From NCBI GenBank assembly GCA_036172245.1, contig JAYWIR010000076.1:186001-250000 (forward strand): a stretch of DNA of 64,000 bases, written 5' to 3'. Below the pieces are notes generated by a model. It was given only the letters and a program-made list of their open reading frames with translations. It ran no database searches and was not told the origin of the DNA. Of this stretch, positions 12,639 through 25,327 are shown in pieces. The stretch's first letter is position 1. Each line of letters opens with the position of its first letter. This DNA is from Raillietiella orientalis. Lineage: Eukaryota. Made by a program: the position numbers and the translations under genes.

Positions 12639-15600
12639 ACGCAATTGTTGTGCGCTCCGTGGAAAGGGAGTTTTTCTTTCCTGGTGTTTCGTGTGTGTTT
12701 CGCGGCCTTTGACAGGCAGAAATGCCTGTGGACGCCGCAGTTTCAGGTGAGGGAGGCGGGAAGACCGCGTCTCCCAAGCCAAAGGAGGTAGGATCACGCC
12801 CCACCACTACTTCTAAAGCCGCCACTACAGCGAGGACCTGGAGCGCGGTGGCAGCGGCGGAAACGCCCGATGTCGCCGCCGAAATACAATCTTCCATCCA
12901 GGAGGGCTACAATCCGGCCCTCCTGTACAAGGTAGGGAATTTATATTCCCCGTTAAGGACCCAAAAGTTCGGCAATGCCATCAAAAAGATAGGCATTGCC
13001 GAACATGAAATTCTTTGCCTGTCAATACGGAGCGGAGGGCAGTTGGCAGAGCTCATCTGCAAGGATGCAGCTCTTACCCTCAGGATGTTCTGCACGACCG
13101 TACAATTTGAGGGCAGGAATTTACTCTCACACACGGTGGACCACCCCATTGTGGTTCACCTAACTGGCACAACAGTGCGGATGGATGAGAACGCCATCCG
13201 CGCTTAAATGGAAAAATTCGCAAGCCTTTTTGCGATGTGGAGAAAGCCCAACACCTTCGGAGTGGATGGTACATTTAGTGGGCGAGTAGGCGCGCGCGTG
13301 ACGCTTCGAGAAAGCGTATAGCTTTCCCACAAGCTCCAGATTGGCGACGAGTTCGTCGACATTCGGTTTGTGGGGAAAACTAAATTTTGTGGAAATTGTA
13401 AGACGTTCGGGCATTTGAAAAAGCAGTGCCCGGACGCAGTTTGCCCAACGTGCGGCGCGAAGCGCCACACTAAAGTGGTGTGCCCGATAAACGTCGCTCC
13501 AACGCCGGAAATTCCGCAAAGAAAGGAATGGAAGGCAAAAATAGCAATAAACATTACAAAAGGGGATCAGACGTCGGCTCCGACAAAAGTCGCGCAGCAG
13601 CTCCCGGTACAGGAGCTCCCGGAAAAGACTGCCGACGAGGAAGGCTGGCTTCGTCCTTGACCTCTAGTTTGTGGGGAAGCCCTCTATCCTTCTTCACCGT
13701 CACACCCGCGGCGGCCTGCCCTCCGAAAAGGCTATCGTATCCATCAAAGATTGTGGCCTTTGGCCATAGCGCGTGTAATTCACCGTATTTTTTCAGCTGA
13801 TCACCAGCCGCATACCGCGTCATGCGGCTGGTGATCCCAGTCAGATGGACCACTACGGAGCGGTCCAACGTGAATGGCAGGATCTTGCGTCCGTCCACGT
13901 TCAGCAAGGTAGTAATCAAGCTTTGCGCAAAGGTGAGGTCCTTGCTGGCAACCTCTACGCACTGACCGCCTCTGAGCACGGATAGACCGTCAAGATCCTT
14001 CTCTAAAACGTTGGCGTTCTGCAGCACCTTAAAAAAAGCGCGTGCAGTTCGCTCGTCAAAGAGATTGCCTACCTGGTACACCAGGCTGGGCTTGCACCCA
14101 ATTGCCCGGAAGGCTGCCATCTCGGCCATGGCTTCCGCGCTAGGCGCGGCCACCATGGCGATCCAGCTCCTCGCCTTGGGCGGCAAGGGCGATTCCAAGG
14201 CGGACGCCCCTGATTCTGTAGGCTGTGGGGGTGGGCAAGCCTCCTCCACACCTAATACCATCGTGGTGCCTTCAGGCATCGCTGCCATCGGAAACCAACG
14301 ATGTTCCACAACAAAAAAAGCACAAAAAAAACCGCTTCCTGTCGACTTACTGGGGAGCGAAGGAAAAACACGTCCGCTCGAAACAGGTTTCGGCGACGGG
14401 CTGAGGAACGACCGGGCATACAGGACGCCCGTCTTTACTCTAGGACTTTCGACGTTCGACGCCTTGCGGAGTATAAAGCTGGGGCAGAGCGACAGACTTG
14501 TCAATGCCAGTCGGCCAGCTTGCTGGACGCCCAAGGCCAAGAATGCGAAGCTGCAACGAAAATAATCCGGATCCTGCGTGAATTTTACTCCTTCTTGTAC
14601 GAGCGTAGAACAACAGGGCGAGCCGTGGCGCAGCGCTTGCCATCTCAAGGCGCTCCCGCGCTAAAGGACGAGCAGAAACATCAACTGGAGGAACCTTTCT
14701 TAATAAAGGAGATCATCTCCGCCATAGGAAAGCTCAGAAAGAGGGAAGCACCAGGGAAGACGGTCTGCCCGCGGAGTTATATCAAGGCTTCGTGGCGGAG
14801 CTGGCCCTCCTGGTGCATCGGCTATGCATGCTGATCCGAGAACAAGGGGACGTCCCCAAATCGTTCCGGTCAGCTAGAGTACGTCTCTTGCCGAAAGGAA
14901 GAGACAATCTCAACGTAGGCAACTGGCGTCCTATCACAGTAGTGAATGCATATGCGAAGTTGCTTGCCAAGCTTTGGGCTCAGCGACTGGAACGTGTGGC
15001 GGAATCCGTGGTAAGTTCGGAGCAGACCTATGCTGTTCCAGGACGATCCATGTAGGCCAACACTTTCCTCGCCTGTACGTGGTGGCAGTTGCAACAAAAC
15101 GAAGACCAGGGAGGTCAAGAGAATCCTGGATTCTCCTCTGACCAGAGAAGGGAATCATTTTATGGAAGAGCCGCGCCCGGTGCTTTTGCGGTCGCAGTCG
15201 ATCTGCGTAAAGCTTCCGATTGCGTCGACCAAAAACTCCTTATGGAGCTCCTGGAACGCCTGGGATTTCCGGATGTCTTCCAAGCTTACCTGCGCTCCTG
15301 CTGGAGCTTGGCTCTAATAAACATCTCTTTTAGCGGCCAGCACGTGTACGGCGTGGCATAAGGCAGGGTGACAGTCTGAGGCCCTTGCTATTCAGCATCT
15401 ACTTCGATCTGGTGCTAAGGGCATACAGTGAGACTGTCACAACCCTGCCAAGCTCGTGTCCCGGCACGCCTGCCGTGTCGGCCTACGCCTACGACCTTCT
15501 GCTCCTGCTCCACGGGACTACCCCGGCGTCGGCGGTCCAAGATTTCTTTGAGTTGCTGAGCCGTGGGACGGGCCTCGAGGTGAACAGAGAGAAATCCACA

Positions 15601-17351
15601 ATCGTTCCTACATTACTACTGCTTTTTGAAAATACGGCGTGGGCCGGACGGTCGGACTGGATCCGCTTAGGGATGTTCACAGGCAGGTGCTCCGAGTACC
15701 TTGGCGTTCCGTAGGGGGAGTTCTGCGCTGCAGAAGCCTGGTCCGACCGTGTCCAAAAGGTGGAGTTGGCGATCGGCCAGTTCCGGAACGGCAAGTTTTA
15801 CTTGCAATAGCGGGCCACGGTGTGGAACGCGTTGGCGGCTTCCCTCCTTCGCTCCTTTCATTTTGTTTGCCCCGCCCCTCCCATCATACAGAGACGGATC
15901 AAAGCCCTCTTGTGGACTGCCCTTTGGGGCACAGCAAAGTCGCGTGTCCGACTGAAAGACTTCTGCGCTCCACGCAGGAATGGTGGCTTGGGCCTCCTTA
16001 CGTTATAGCGCATCCAACTACAAACAACACTTCGAGAGTTGGCCCTTGCGGCGAGATTATGGATGACGCCATGGTGCGATCCGGCAGGGCTCCTCGTCGG
16101 AAGAGCGACAGGCAGAGAAGGATTGTCCTCGATCCTCGTGGCCTACCAGCGAAGCCTCTCCAACTGTGGCACCCATTTGCGCCAGATGGTCGCCCTGATG
16201 AGGGAGAATACCTGGATCTTCTGCTTCCTTGCGAACTGCACTGCCTGGCTTCAGGAGTCAGCCTCCGCGTGGGCCAAGATCAACGGCACGTGCGAGGCGG
16301 AATACAACTGCCTACGACGAAGACCGTACGCTCGAAAGCCGCTGCAGGAGATTATCAACACGCCGCGGAAGTTTCTGTGAGCTGCTTTTAGCCCCCTTGC
16401 CCCCGTTCTGTCCTCCCTTAAAAACACTAGGAGCAGAAACGAGCGAGCATCGTGGGAAGTGTCCTGCCTTATCCGAGGCAGGAAAAAACTTTTAAAGGCG
16501 TGGACGACGCGAGAGCTCACGGACGCTGCCACCCCGAGCGTCCCGCCTCACGGACTTGCGCGCTGAGGAGTGCTGCTCGGAATACCTCCGGAAGAGGTGA
16601 AGTGGTCCCCATCGTGTTGGGATTGCGGCACACTTCCGTTGAAGTGGCAGGAAACTGCATTGCTATTTCTGCACTGGGGACTGTTAAGCAGAGCACGCCT
16701 GTGTCACTGGACACTGGGGAATGTGGATGCCCGCTGTGTCGAGTGAGGTCAAAGAGAAACCTTACCGCATCTCACCCTTGTGTGTGTCGCTCTGGAAATA
16801 CTCTGGAGTCGAATCGCCCCAATCCTCCATCTGCCAGTTAACGATCCTAAGGAAACTTACTGTCGCCTCTTTCTGCGTGACGGCCTGCGTTCCGCTGCGT
16901 CTGTAGCAGTACTCTGCTGCGTGCGCGGCATTGTGCAAAGGTGGCACGCCTGAAAAAGAGGCTCAAGATGCTGGGACGCCATCCACTGGACGACGAGCTC
17001 TTTGGAGACGGCGTCAAGGTGGCGTCTACCTTTCACAATAAAAACCGAACTTGACTGCATCCTCAACAGGATGCGGAGGACCGGACCAGGTGCACAGTGA
17101 CCCCTACTTTACCTCTCACCTCCCTATAGAAGAGTTGATCCTCTCCGTTCTTTCCTTTTTTTTTTTTGTTCTCCTTTTCTCCATCCCCAGCCCTTGTGGA
17201 GAGAACCTCGCCGGTCTATGGACCGAGTAGCGAGTACATTGTAGCGTGGGAGAACGCAGTGTTCCCCCACAGAAAACATATTTTAAAGACTTTATTATTT
17301 AATTTTTGTAACAAATTAGAATAATAAATGATTCGGCATATCCAGTTGAGA
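12639..17351 (+). mobile_element. Element B: ORF1 at 12722-13648 and 3' ORF2 at 14381-17100; interior replaced by inverted E1
   Basis: Imperfect TSD AACGGCGG (12631-12638) / AACGTCGG (17352-17359). ORF1 has GYNPALLYKVGNL and CGNCKTFGHLKKQC; RT has YAYD. Confidence 0.8.
13649..14380 (-). mobile_element. Family E 5' end/ORF1 fragment (E1)
   Basis: GCKPSLVYQVGNLFD...LPHKLEV; 5' motif GCGGACGTGTTT at 14377-14366; closely similar to 54748-55480. Confidence 0.85.
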
Positions 17352-19850
17352 AACGTCGGCCGCTCCCGAGTATTCCAGGCCCTGGCCGTCGAGTAGACAA
17401 GCCGCTCCTGACTGCCAGAACTGGCGCTCGGCCTTGGCTTTGTACTCCGCAAGGTATCGGACGTCCGGGCATTAGGAGAATCGTCTGGCCTGCAGAAACT
17501 CTCTGTTGTTGTCCACTCCTGTCCACAAGCCACGGAAAAGCAGGCGCAAAAGGAAACGGCAGCAGAACTCGCGGACCGATCTTTTCAGATCGTCCCAGTC
17601 CACGAGCGAGAGCGAACGGGTTTTTGTTTCGCTCTTTAGCGTGTGTGGTTTTATTTTATTTTTTTTTTCTTGGTGTGCCAGTGGATTCGGTGTTGGCTAG
17701 GCAGCAATGCCTGGCACCACCACCAATGTGGAAGAGGGGGCGACGTCTATGTCGCCTCCCGAATCAATGGATGTGGGGGCAACCGCTTCCACAGAAGCGA
17801 CTCCCTCGCTAGGGAGAAGCTGTAGTTCCGTGGCTGCTTTGCCAACGCAAGCGGCTGCGGCTGAATTGAAAGCCTACCTGGAAAAGGGGTACAATCCCCC
17901 TCTACTCTACAAGGAAGCTAACCTTTACTCCTTTGAGTGTACACGCGCTTTCTCGAAAGCGATGCACTCCCTCAAAGTACCCCAAGAGGAGCTCTTGGCG
18001 ATGACCATCAAAAGTGGTGGACAGTACGCTGAGGTGATTTGCAGAGAAGCAAGTCTTTCCCAGCGTCTGATTCGTACATTTGTTTCTTTGGGGAATCGCC
18101 GGCTCCTCCCCATCACGGAGGATAGATCTATCGTGATCCACCTCCTCGGAATCACCTTCCGGATGGCCGAAGAGGTTGTCCGAAAGGATTTAATTAAATT
18201 CGAAATTGTCCACGCGTTGTGGAAAAAGCCGACTTTGTTTTGAGAGTACGGTCTCCTGAATCCCGGTATGAATTCCGCGCGCATTACGTTCCTCGAGGGT
18301 TGCTCCATACCAAACAAGCTGGAGGTCAACGGCGAATCCGTTGACATCTGGTATGTTGGTAAGCCGCATTTCTGCGGGCATTGCAGCACTTCACGTCACC
18401 TGAAAAAAAGGTGCCCCCACTTGCAGTGCAACCAATGCAAGCAACCCGGGCACACTCTTCCAGTGTGCCCTCCAAATGAAGTCCGCTTCGCGTCCGCACG
18501 GAATGCGAAGAAGCGCGCGGCGAGAAAACGAAGAGTTCAGGCAGCCCTAAAGAGAGCCGCCGACAGAAACGCAACTATCTTGAACCAGGTGAAGGTCAGC
18601 TCCGAGATCTTGGAAAACTCGGACAAGGTCGAGGAGAACGGCCAGGAACCTGGATGGCAGGAAGTAGAATCCAAGAGGCAGAAAAGACTCAAGAAACCAA
18701 AGAAAATGTCGCAAACCTCAACCAAAAATTGCCGCGCCGCGAAAACATCAAACGCTGCTCTGTCGTCATCAAGTGCATTCCTGCGGTCCAAGAGAGCGTC
18801 AAAATTGCACTCGTGGCTGCCGACTCTCAGCCCTCCGGCAAATGAGTGACGGAGGCTATTTACCCGACGGTGGCGTCCGTCGTCGAACGCATGCTCGACG
18901 ACGGCGCCTTTGAGCGATGGGGGAAGGAGCTCGCTGCGTCCTTGCTGCGTCCCCTTAAATCCGCGAAAAAGGCCTTAAGGCGTCCGACCTCGATCAAGAA
19001 GTCGGAGATTCCGAACTCTGACGCAAAGGCGGAAAACACAGCCTGCGGCATCGCGCCCTCCCGCCCGAAGGCCAATCGCACGAAGAAGGCTACCCGCAAA
19101 ATTATCCCGTCCATGGAAAAGGGAGAGTTAATTGGAAGAAGAGAGCGTGCGAATTAAGTGGGGAACTCCGGGGACTCTCCTCGAGAGGTAACCTCACGCT
19201 GCGACCCTGGAGGGAGGGAAAGGGTAGAGTCTGTGCCCCAGTTGCTTCAAGTGCCTGAGATGGCCGCGGCGCCCTTAATTGCCCCTCCAACCTGTCCCTT
19301 GACAAGTGCTGCAACGCCACGTTCCCAGCCTTAATGCCGGGAATCGCCTCTTGCTGCCGTCTGCGAATTGCCTGTTGGAACGTCAACGGGCTAAGCGACG
19401 ACGGCAATAGACGAGACGTGGCCTACACCCTGGCGTCGTTCGACCTGGTGCTGCTGCAAGAGATCCACGTGATCTCCGCAGATGAAGCAACGGAGATTTC
19501 TCACCCGGTCATGCCGGGGCGTTTATTCCATATAACATAACGAAAAAAAGCAATTATACAAAATAAACCAGTTGGGAACCAAACTCCCAACCGACGACTG
19601 AACAAGAATGAAGAGAACATTGCTGACACGCAGGCCAGAGTAACAGTTTCTTGAACGGTGTGGGGGGGCGGGAAACACAAAGAAACCAAACTAAAATAAA
19701 AACAATGAATAAGGAGGACGGGATAAGAGTCTTTGGGATCGCTCTGGAAGACACGGGGATAAAAGCATGGGCACCGGAAATTTCACCGAGCGAACGGGGA
19801 CGAAGTATGGGTGAGCGAGAGGTCCCAGGGGTCACCGGATTACGCCGTTC

Positions 19851-22800
19851 TCAAAGGTCTGTAAACCGGCGATGTATGCCGGTGATGTCCTCATTCACCT
19901 TGTCACGAAGATGAGACCACCTTGAAGCCTTCTCCATGAATTGAGATGCAAGCAGGTGAGCCTCCCTTCGCTGCGATGACAACTCCAGGGCGTAGCGGGC
20001 CTTCACGATGGCGCGAACGCAACACATGGTTGCGACAATCGCGCCAACCGAAAGTCCATTTCTGCTGAAGAAGCGCCGCAGCACATCAATGGCAGTGCCT
20101 CCTTGTGGCATGATGGCCGAAGTGAGCCTTCGCCACAGTTCCCGGAGGTCACCGCAGTCCAGCAAAAGGTGCGAAAAAGACTCGATCTCTCCGCACCTTA
20201 AACAGTTTGGCAAAGCAGCTCCCCCGGAAAAGATGCTTCGCTGCCTATTACAGTGAAATGCACAATGTAAAAAGAGCAGCACATCTTGTTTCCACTTAAG
20301 GGGGAACACGGAGCTGTCCAAACAAACGGGGGGAACCACTATCTCTCCGGGGGGCACACTTAAATGTTCGCTCCACCGAAGCAGTCCCTTCGCCCGATTC
20401 CGAGGTGTGGCGGCTTGCACCAGCTCCTTCGTCGTCCAGCTGCCGAGGAGCTTACTGACTCAACCTATTTTGCAGGAGAACTCCCATTCCGCCGGTAGGC
20501 AACCGTCGTTGCTTGCCCTGAGGGCAGACAGCGCTGCGGCGAGTGGTGTGGCGGCCAGACGATCCGACAACTTCTTGTCCTGCATGACTTCGTCCATTTG
20601 ATGACTGAGGAGAAGTCGCAGGCGTCGAAGATCTTCCGGGCGCGTTCCTTCGGAAGCTGCCCACGATGAAAAAGATTCCTGCCGTCATGCATTAATGTTC
20701 ATGGGGCGGCAGGAGATCCAGCTTTGGGCTTCCAGCAGTGAGGACAGCTGCCTCAGCGGGAAGCCAAACCCTATTCTGGTGTGCCGATAGTGGGGTAGCA
20801 ACGAAAGCAGTCCCTCGCTTCCCGTGCAGCGCCTCAGTATAAGGCGTGCGGGTAAGCACCACGGCGTACACCACAGCTTGGCACAGAGCCGCAGCATGCG
20901 AAACTGCACCTGCAGTTCGATGCTGTTTAAGTCGAGGATGCCCAAGCCTGCATCCCGACGCGGCGCCACCAAGTCTTTAAGTCTAACACGGGATCTTGCA
21001 GCGCCCCACAACGCTTTGCGTAGAAGGCGCTGCGCCCAGACTTTGACTTCCTGGGGGGGTGGAGAAACAAAAAACAGGGGGCGGAGGAGGGGGACAACGA
21101 AGGTGTTCCAGATGCAGGCCCGTTCCGGCAAGACGAACTCGCCTCCTGAAAACGGGCCAAGTGCACGCTCTGCCTTCCGAAGGCAGTCCGACCACGCTTC
21201 TGAGATGCAGAAGTCGCCCAACGGCACGTCAAGGTACCTGAGGTACCTGCCCGTGAAGATCCCCAGGTCGATCCAGTCGGACTGCCCCTCCCACGTCGCA
21301 CCCACTGGAACAACCATACACTTACTCCTGTTACCGCTCACGCCTGCACCGGGACGAATCAACTCAAAGAAGTCTTCAAGCGATGTCGCCCGGGTGGACA
21401 TGGGCAACAGAAGAAGCAGGTCGTCGGCATAGGCTGCCACGGCAGGCGTACCTAGACAGGAGCTCGGCAGGTTGGCTAGCGTCAGCCTGTAAGCCTCCAG
21501 CACAAATTCAAAATAGATGCTGAAGAGCAGCGGGCTTAAGCTGGCACCCTGCCTAATTCCTCGTCGTACCGGCACGCCGTACACGCGACAGCCACTGAAA
21601 ACAATGGATGTAATCGCGTGGCGCCAGTAGGAGCGCAAGTACGCCAACACGGATGCCGGAAGACCCAGACGTTCCAAAAGCTCAAGAAGAAGCTTTTGGT
21701 TCACGCAATCGAAAGCTTTGTGCAGATCGACTGCAACCGCCAAGGCTCCCGGTGTCTCCCTTTGCGTCCGGCGCCTCCGTCGGTGAGAGATCGAAGGCGT
21801 CGCTTCCGCACGACGATCCACCGCCACACGATGCTGCAATTGCAGCCATGTGCGGATGAACAAGAGATTCGCGTCCATGGACCGCCCAGGAACAGCGTAC
21901 GTCTGCTCCGGACTTACCAAGGATTCCGCGATCCTACCCATCCGCGCCACCCAAAGTTTCGAGAACAGCTTGACGTCCGAATTCACTAATGTGATTGGAC
22001 GCCAGTTGTTCAGTTGGCACAAATCTCCGCCTTTCGGCAGTAGACGCACCTTCGCTGAGCGAAACGAAGCGGGGACATCGCCCGAGTCTCGCATCAGCGA
22101 CGAGAGTTGGAGCACCAGGAAGATGAGCTCCGCCGCAAAACACTGAAAGAATTTCGCGGAAAGCCCATCTTCGCCTGGCGCTTTTCGTCTCTTGAGCCCC
22201 GAGATGGCCGAGGAAATTTCCTCTGCCGTGAAGGGCTCATCAAGACGCGCGCGTTCCTCCTCGTCTACAACAGGTGCATCAATCGGCAGAAGCAGCCGGG
22301 AGAGGCTGCGTTCCGTCGGTGCCTCTGCATACAGAGAAGAGTAATAGCGCCTGACTATCCGTCGCACGTCGGCTGGAGCCGAGCATTCCCGGTCCTGGTC
22401 GTCGAGCAGAACTGTCGCCCCTGACTGCCAGACCTGGCGCTCGGCCTTGGCCTTGTACTCGGATAATCGACCAACGTCCGCGCACCTGGAAAAGGAGCGG
22501 GCCTGCAGAAAATCTCTGCTGTTGGCTACGCCCTCTCCGAAGCCGCGCGGAAGCTGGTGCAAGGGAAACCGGCAGCAGAACTCGCGGACCGATCTTTTCA
22601 GATCGTCCCAGTCCTCGAGCTCACTTATGGCAAAGCCGAGGAGGTACTGGCGAAGATGCTCAGCCGCCTCCGGGTGGCTTAGCCAGTCTGCCGGCATCCT
22701 CTAAAAACAGTTTGGAGGCCCCTTGCCTGGCGGGAGCAACTCAAACTCGAGCCTGTTGTGGTCTGAAAGCACGGACGGCACGGGACCTCTCCGACCCACT

Positions 22801-23423
22801 CGACAGAGCAAGTGTTCATCAAGGTATACGTGGTCCGGCGTTGCTGCCATAACAGGGTCGCTAGCGAACAAGTTGCACGTGTGCACGGACGCGCACATCT
22901 CTTCCGCTAGCAACTTTTCCCTTTCGTGGGATCTATTCTCGGAAAGCAGGTGGACGTTAAAGTCCCCCGCAATGAGATGGGCCACAGTAGGGCGGGATCG
23001 AGTGAGCCACTGGCTTTGAAGGGTACCGAAGAACTCAATCCTTTCGGCCCATCGTCCAGCACCGCTCGGCGCGTACACGTTGGTTACGACAAGGTCGATC
23101 GAGTCGGACCACTTGAGTACAAGCTGTCCCACTCGGCCTTCCGTGTCGAAACGAACGCTGCGCACCATTCCCGCCAAAGTTCCTCGCACGAGGGAAGCGA
23201 CGCCGCACGTACGTGCAACGCCGCACCTATAAAGTAGCGTTCCGCCCGCGCGCCGTTCGATTTCGGCAGCCTGCTCTCCGGAGATGCTCTGAATCTCCTG
23301 CAGGAGCGTCAAGTCGAAGGCGCGCAGAGCGTCAGCCACTAGTCGCCTCTTCTCCTCGTGTTGGAGCCCGTTGACGTTCCAAGACGTTACGGCAACACGA
23401 CGAGAAGACGCGATTGCCCCCAT
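19851..23423 (-). pseudogene. D1 ORF2 (endonuclease-RT-Cys motif), with a stop at 22701-22703 and frameshifts after ~20690
   Basis: SWNVNGL, LQEI, AGDFNV, SDHN; 670-aa RT segment with YADD; CLRCGEIESFSHLLLDC. Confidence 0.93.
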
Positions 23424-25327
23424 CACGGCTGGGAAAGCGAGGCCGTGGTGCTCGCCTCACCCGGCGAGCGGGCAGTAAGCAGCACGACGGGCTGGAGGGC
23501 GCGGTCGCCACCGGCCTCAACTGTGCTGCACGTAATCGGGTGCTCCTCCCCGGGTGCAGAACCTGTGGGTTTTGAAGTAAGCACTCGCCGTTCCGCGACG
23601 AGTATGTCACGCCTCAGGGCTTCAGCCCTGCGGGCGCTCGCTCCCGCGCGAGTTACGCGTCGTTCAGCTGCGTTATCGGACTTTTTTGCGGAGTCTGATG
23701 CTCGCACGATCGACGTGCGCTTGCATCCGTCCGATTGCACCGGAATGGTCTTCTCGGCGGTCACAGAAGCGGACTTGCACACGTTGAAGGCGCTGGCTTT
23801 TTCCTTGGAAGAGTCACAAGCCCCGCGTGTTTTCGTATTCCCGCGACTGCTTTTTCCTTTGGAAGAGCTCAGGGATGGAGGTTGCGTAGCTTTTTTTGGA
23901 GATTTTTCTTTCCTCCTCTCCACAACCTTCCATTCGCCTTCCCGATTTTCGGAGGCTTCCGCGACAGTAGTTGCGGAAACCTCCGGGATTTTCGCTGCGT
24001 TCTCTGGGGGCGTTGCTTTCGCTACGCCTTTAAAAAACGGCAACGGAGTCACCTTCTTGACAGTCGGGAGATTGCTCCTCTCGTGCCGAGTCGGCGATGG
24101 GGCGACTGCATGCAGCGTGCTTTTGCTCGTCGCGACGCTGCTTTTTACTGCTTTCGTAGCCTTTGCAGTGGGGCCTGCACTGCAGTGGGGCTGTCCGGAA
24201 CTCCGAAGGGACAACGGAACGGGGCAAGAAGTCTTCGCACTGTTGCGATTTTCCTGTTTTCCTACCTTTCCCTCCAGGGTGTTACGGAGATTTCCTGGTT
24301 CCAGGCTCGGAAAGGTGCCTGCGAGTTCGGCAGAGAGGGAAGGCACGGCACGCGTCAAACCCTCGCGCCCCTTTTTAATTGGCTTCCCCGCCGTGACTTT
24401 CCCCTTTCGGGGCGTTGCGGGCGGGGATGCTTTCTTTTTATCCGCCGATCGCTCGTGGTTTTTTTCGAGTTTTTGCGGACGACGTTTTTTATTTGCCGCT
24501 GCGGCTTTTCGTGCAGTGGTCTCTTGAACCCGACGAATTTCCGCTGCGGCTCTTTTTCTTGCAAGTACCGGGCACTTCTTGATTTCGTGCCCGGAATCTT
24601 TGCAATAGCGGCATCTTGGAGAGGGGCACTCTTTAATTCGGTGCCCATCCTTGCCGCACTGCTCGCACGCGCGACTCTGGCCTATGAACCACAGGTGAAC
24701 GACCGTGCCGTTCACCTGCAGCTGCTCAGGCACAACACGCCTGTTCGCGACGGTGATCCTCGCGGAGGCTTGTCCACTGTGGACAGAGGGGAAATCCTTT
24801 AGAGGATTTGGCCTCCTCCACAGAGCGTGCACGGTGGCGAACTTCGCCAGCACACTTACGACATCGCGGTCGGAGATTTCCGGTTCGATGTCGCACAATT
24901 GAACGACAAAAGAGTCGTCCATCGCGGTAGGTAGGACTTCCTTGCCATTGATGGTCAACGGCGTACGGAGAAGGCGCTGCACAAGTGCTGCGTTCTTGCA
25001 CCGAATCTTCGTATAATCCATCCTGCCAGCAGGCATTATGGCAAGGAGTTCCTCCTCGCGAACGCCTATCCGGACGAGCTCATCATTGAGCTCACGACCG
25101 ATTCTCCCGTTAAGTGGCCCACTGACCTTATAACGGAGTGCAGGCATGTATCCTGATGACACATATGCCTGGAACTCCGCATCGCAGGGTCCGGGTCTTT
25201 GGGAGGTAACGACGGCGTAACTCCTCACCGGGGGCGAGGAAACCATTACGGAGGATGCGGCCACTTCAAGTGCAGCTGAAGTGCATCCAGTGGCTTGCTC
25301 CTCCACACTATCCTGTGTACTGGCCAT
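23423..25327 (-). CDS. D1 ORF1, 634 aa gag-like nucleic-acid-binding protein with two CCHC knuckles
   Basis: Open from ATG to TGA; CEQCGKDGHRIKEC and CRYCKDSGHEIKKC; the TGA overlaps the ORF2 ATG. Confidence 0.88.
   Translation of the reverse strand: MASTQDSVEEQATGCTSAALEVAASSVMVSSPPVRSYAVVTSQRPGPCDAEFQAYVSSGYMPALRYKVSGPLNGRIGRELNDELVRIGVREEELLAIMPAGRMDYTKIRCKNAALVQRLLRTPLTINGKEVLPTAMDDSFVVQLCDIEPEISDRDVVSVLAKFATVHALWRRPNPLKDFPSVHSGQASARITVANRRVVPEQLQVNGTVVHLWFIGQSRACEQCGKDGHRIKECPSPRCRYCKDSGHEIKKCPVLARKRAAAEIRRVQETTARKAAAANKKRRPQKLEKNHERSADKKKASPPATPRKGKVTAGKPIKKGREGLTRAVPSLSAELAGTFPSLEPGNLRNTLEGKVGKQENRNSAKTSCPVPLSLRSSGQPHCSAGPTAKATKAVKSSVATSKSTLHAVAPSPTRHERSNLPTVKKVTPLPFFKGVAKATPPENAAKIPEVSATTVAEASENREGEWKVVERRKEKSPKKATQPPSLSSSKGKSSRGNTKTRGACDSSKEKASAFNVCKSASVTAEKTIPVQSDGCKRTSIVRASDSAKKSDNAAERRVTRAGASARRAEALRRDILVAERRVLTSKPTGSAPGEEHPITCSTVEAGGDRALQPVVLLTARSPGEASTTASLSQP

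Noticed and set aside
13554..14648. 364-aa minus-strand ORF
   Set aside because: A chimera of antisense B ORF2, E 5'UTR/ORF1 and antisense B ORF1 across junctions; not a gene.
23358..24802. Long antisense ORFs (389 and 355 aa), and similar ones at 44199-45269 and 55520-56467
   Set aside because: They are shadows of GC-rich ORF1/ORF2 on the opposite strand, with no motifs of their own.
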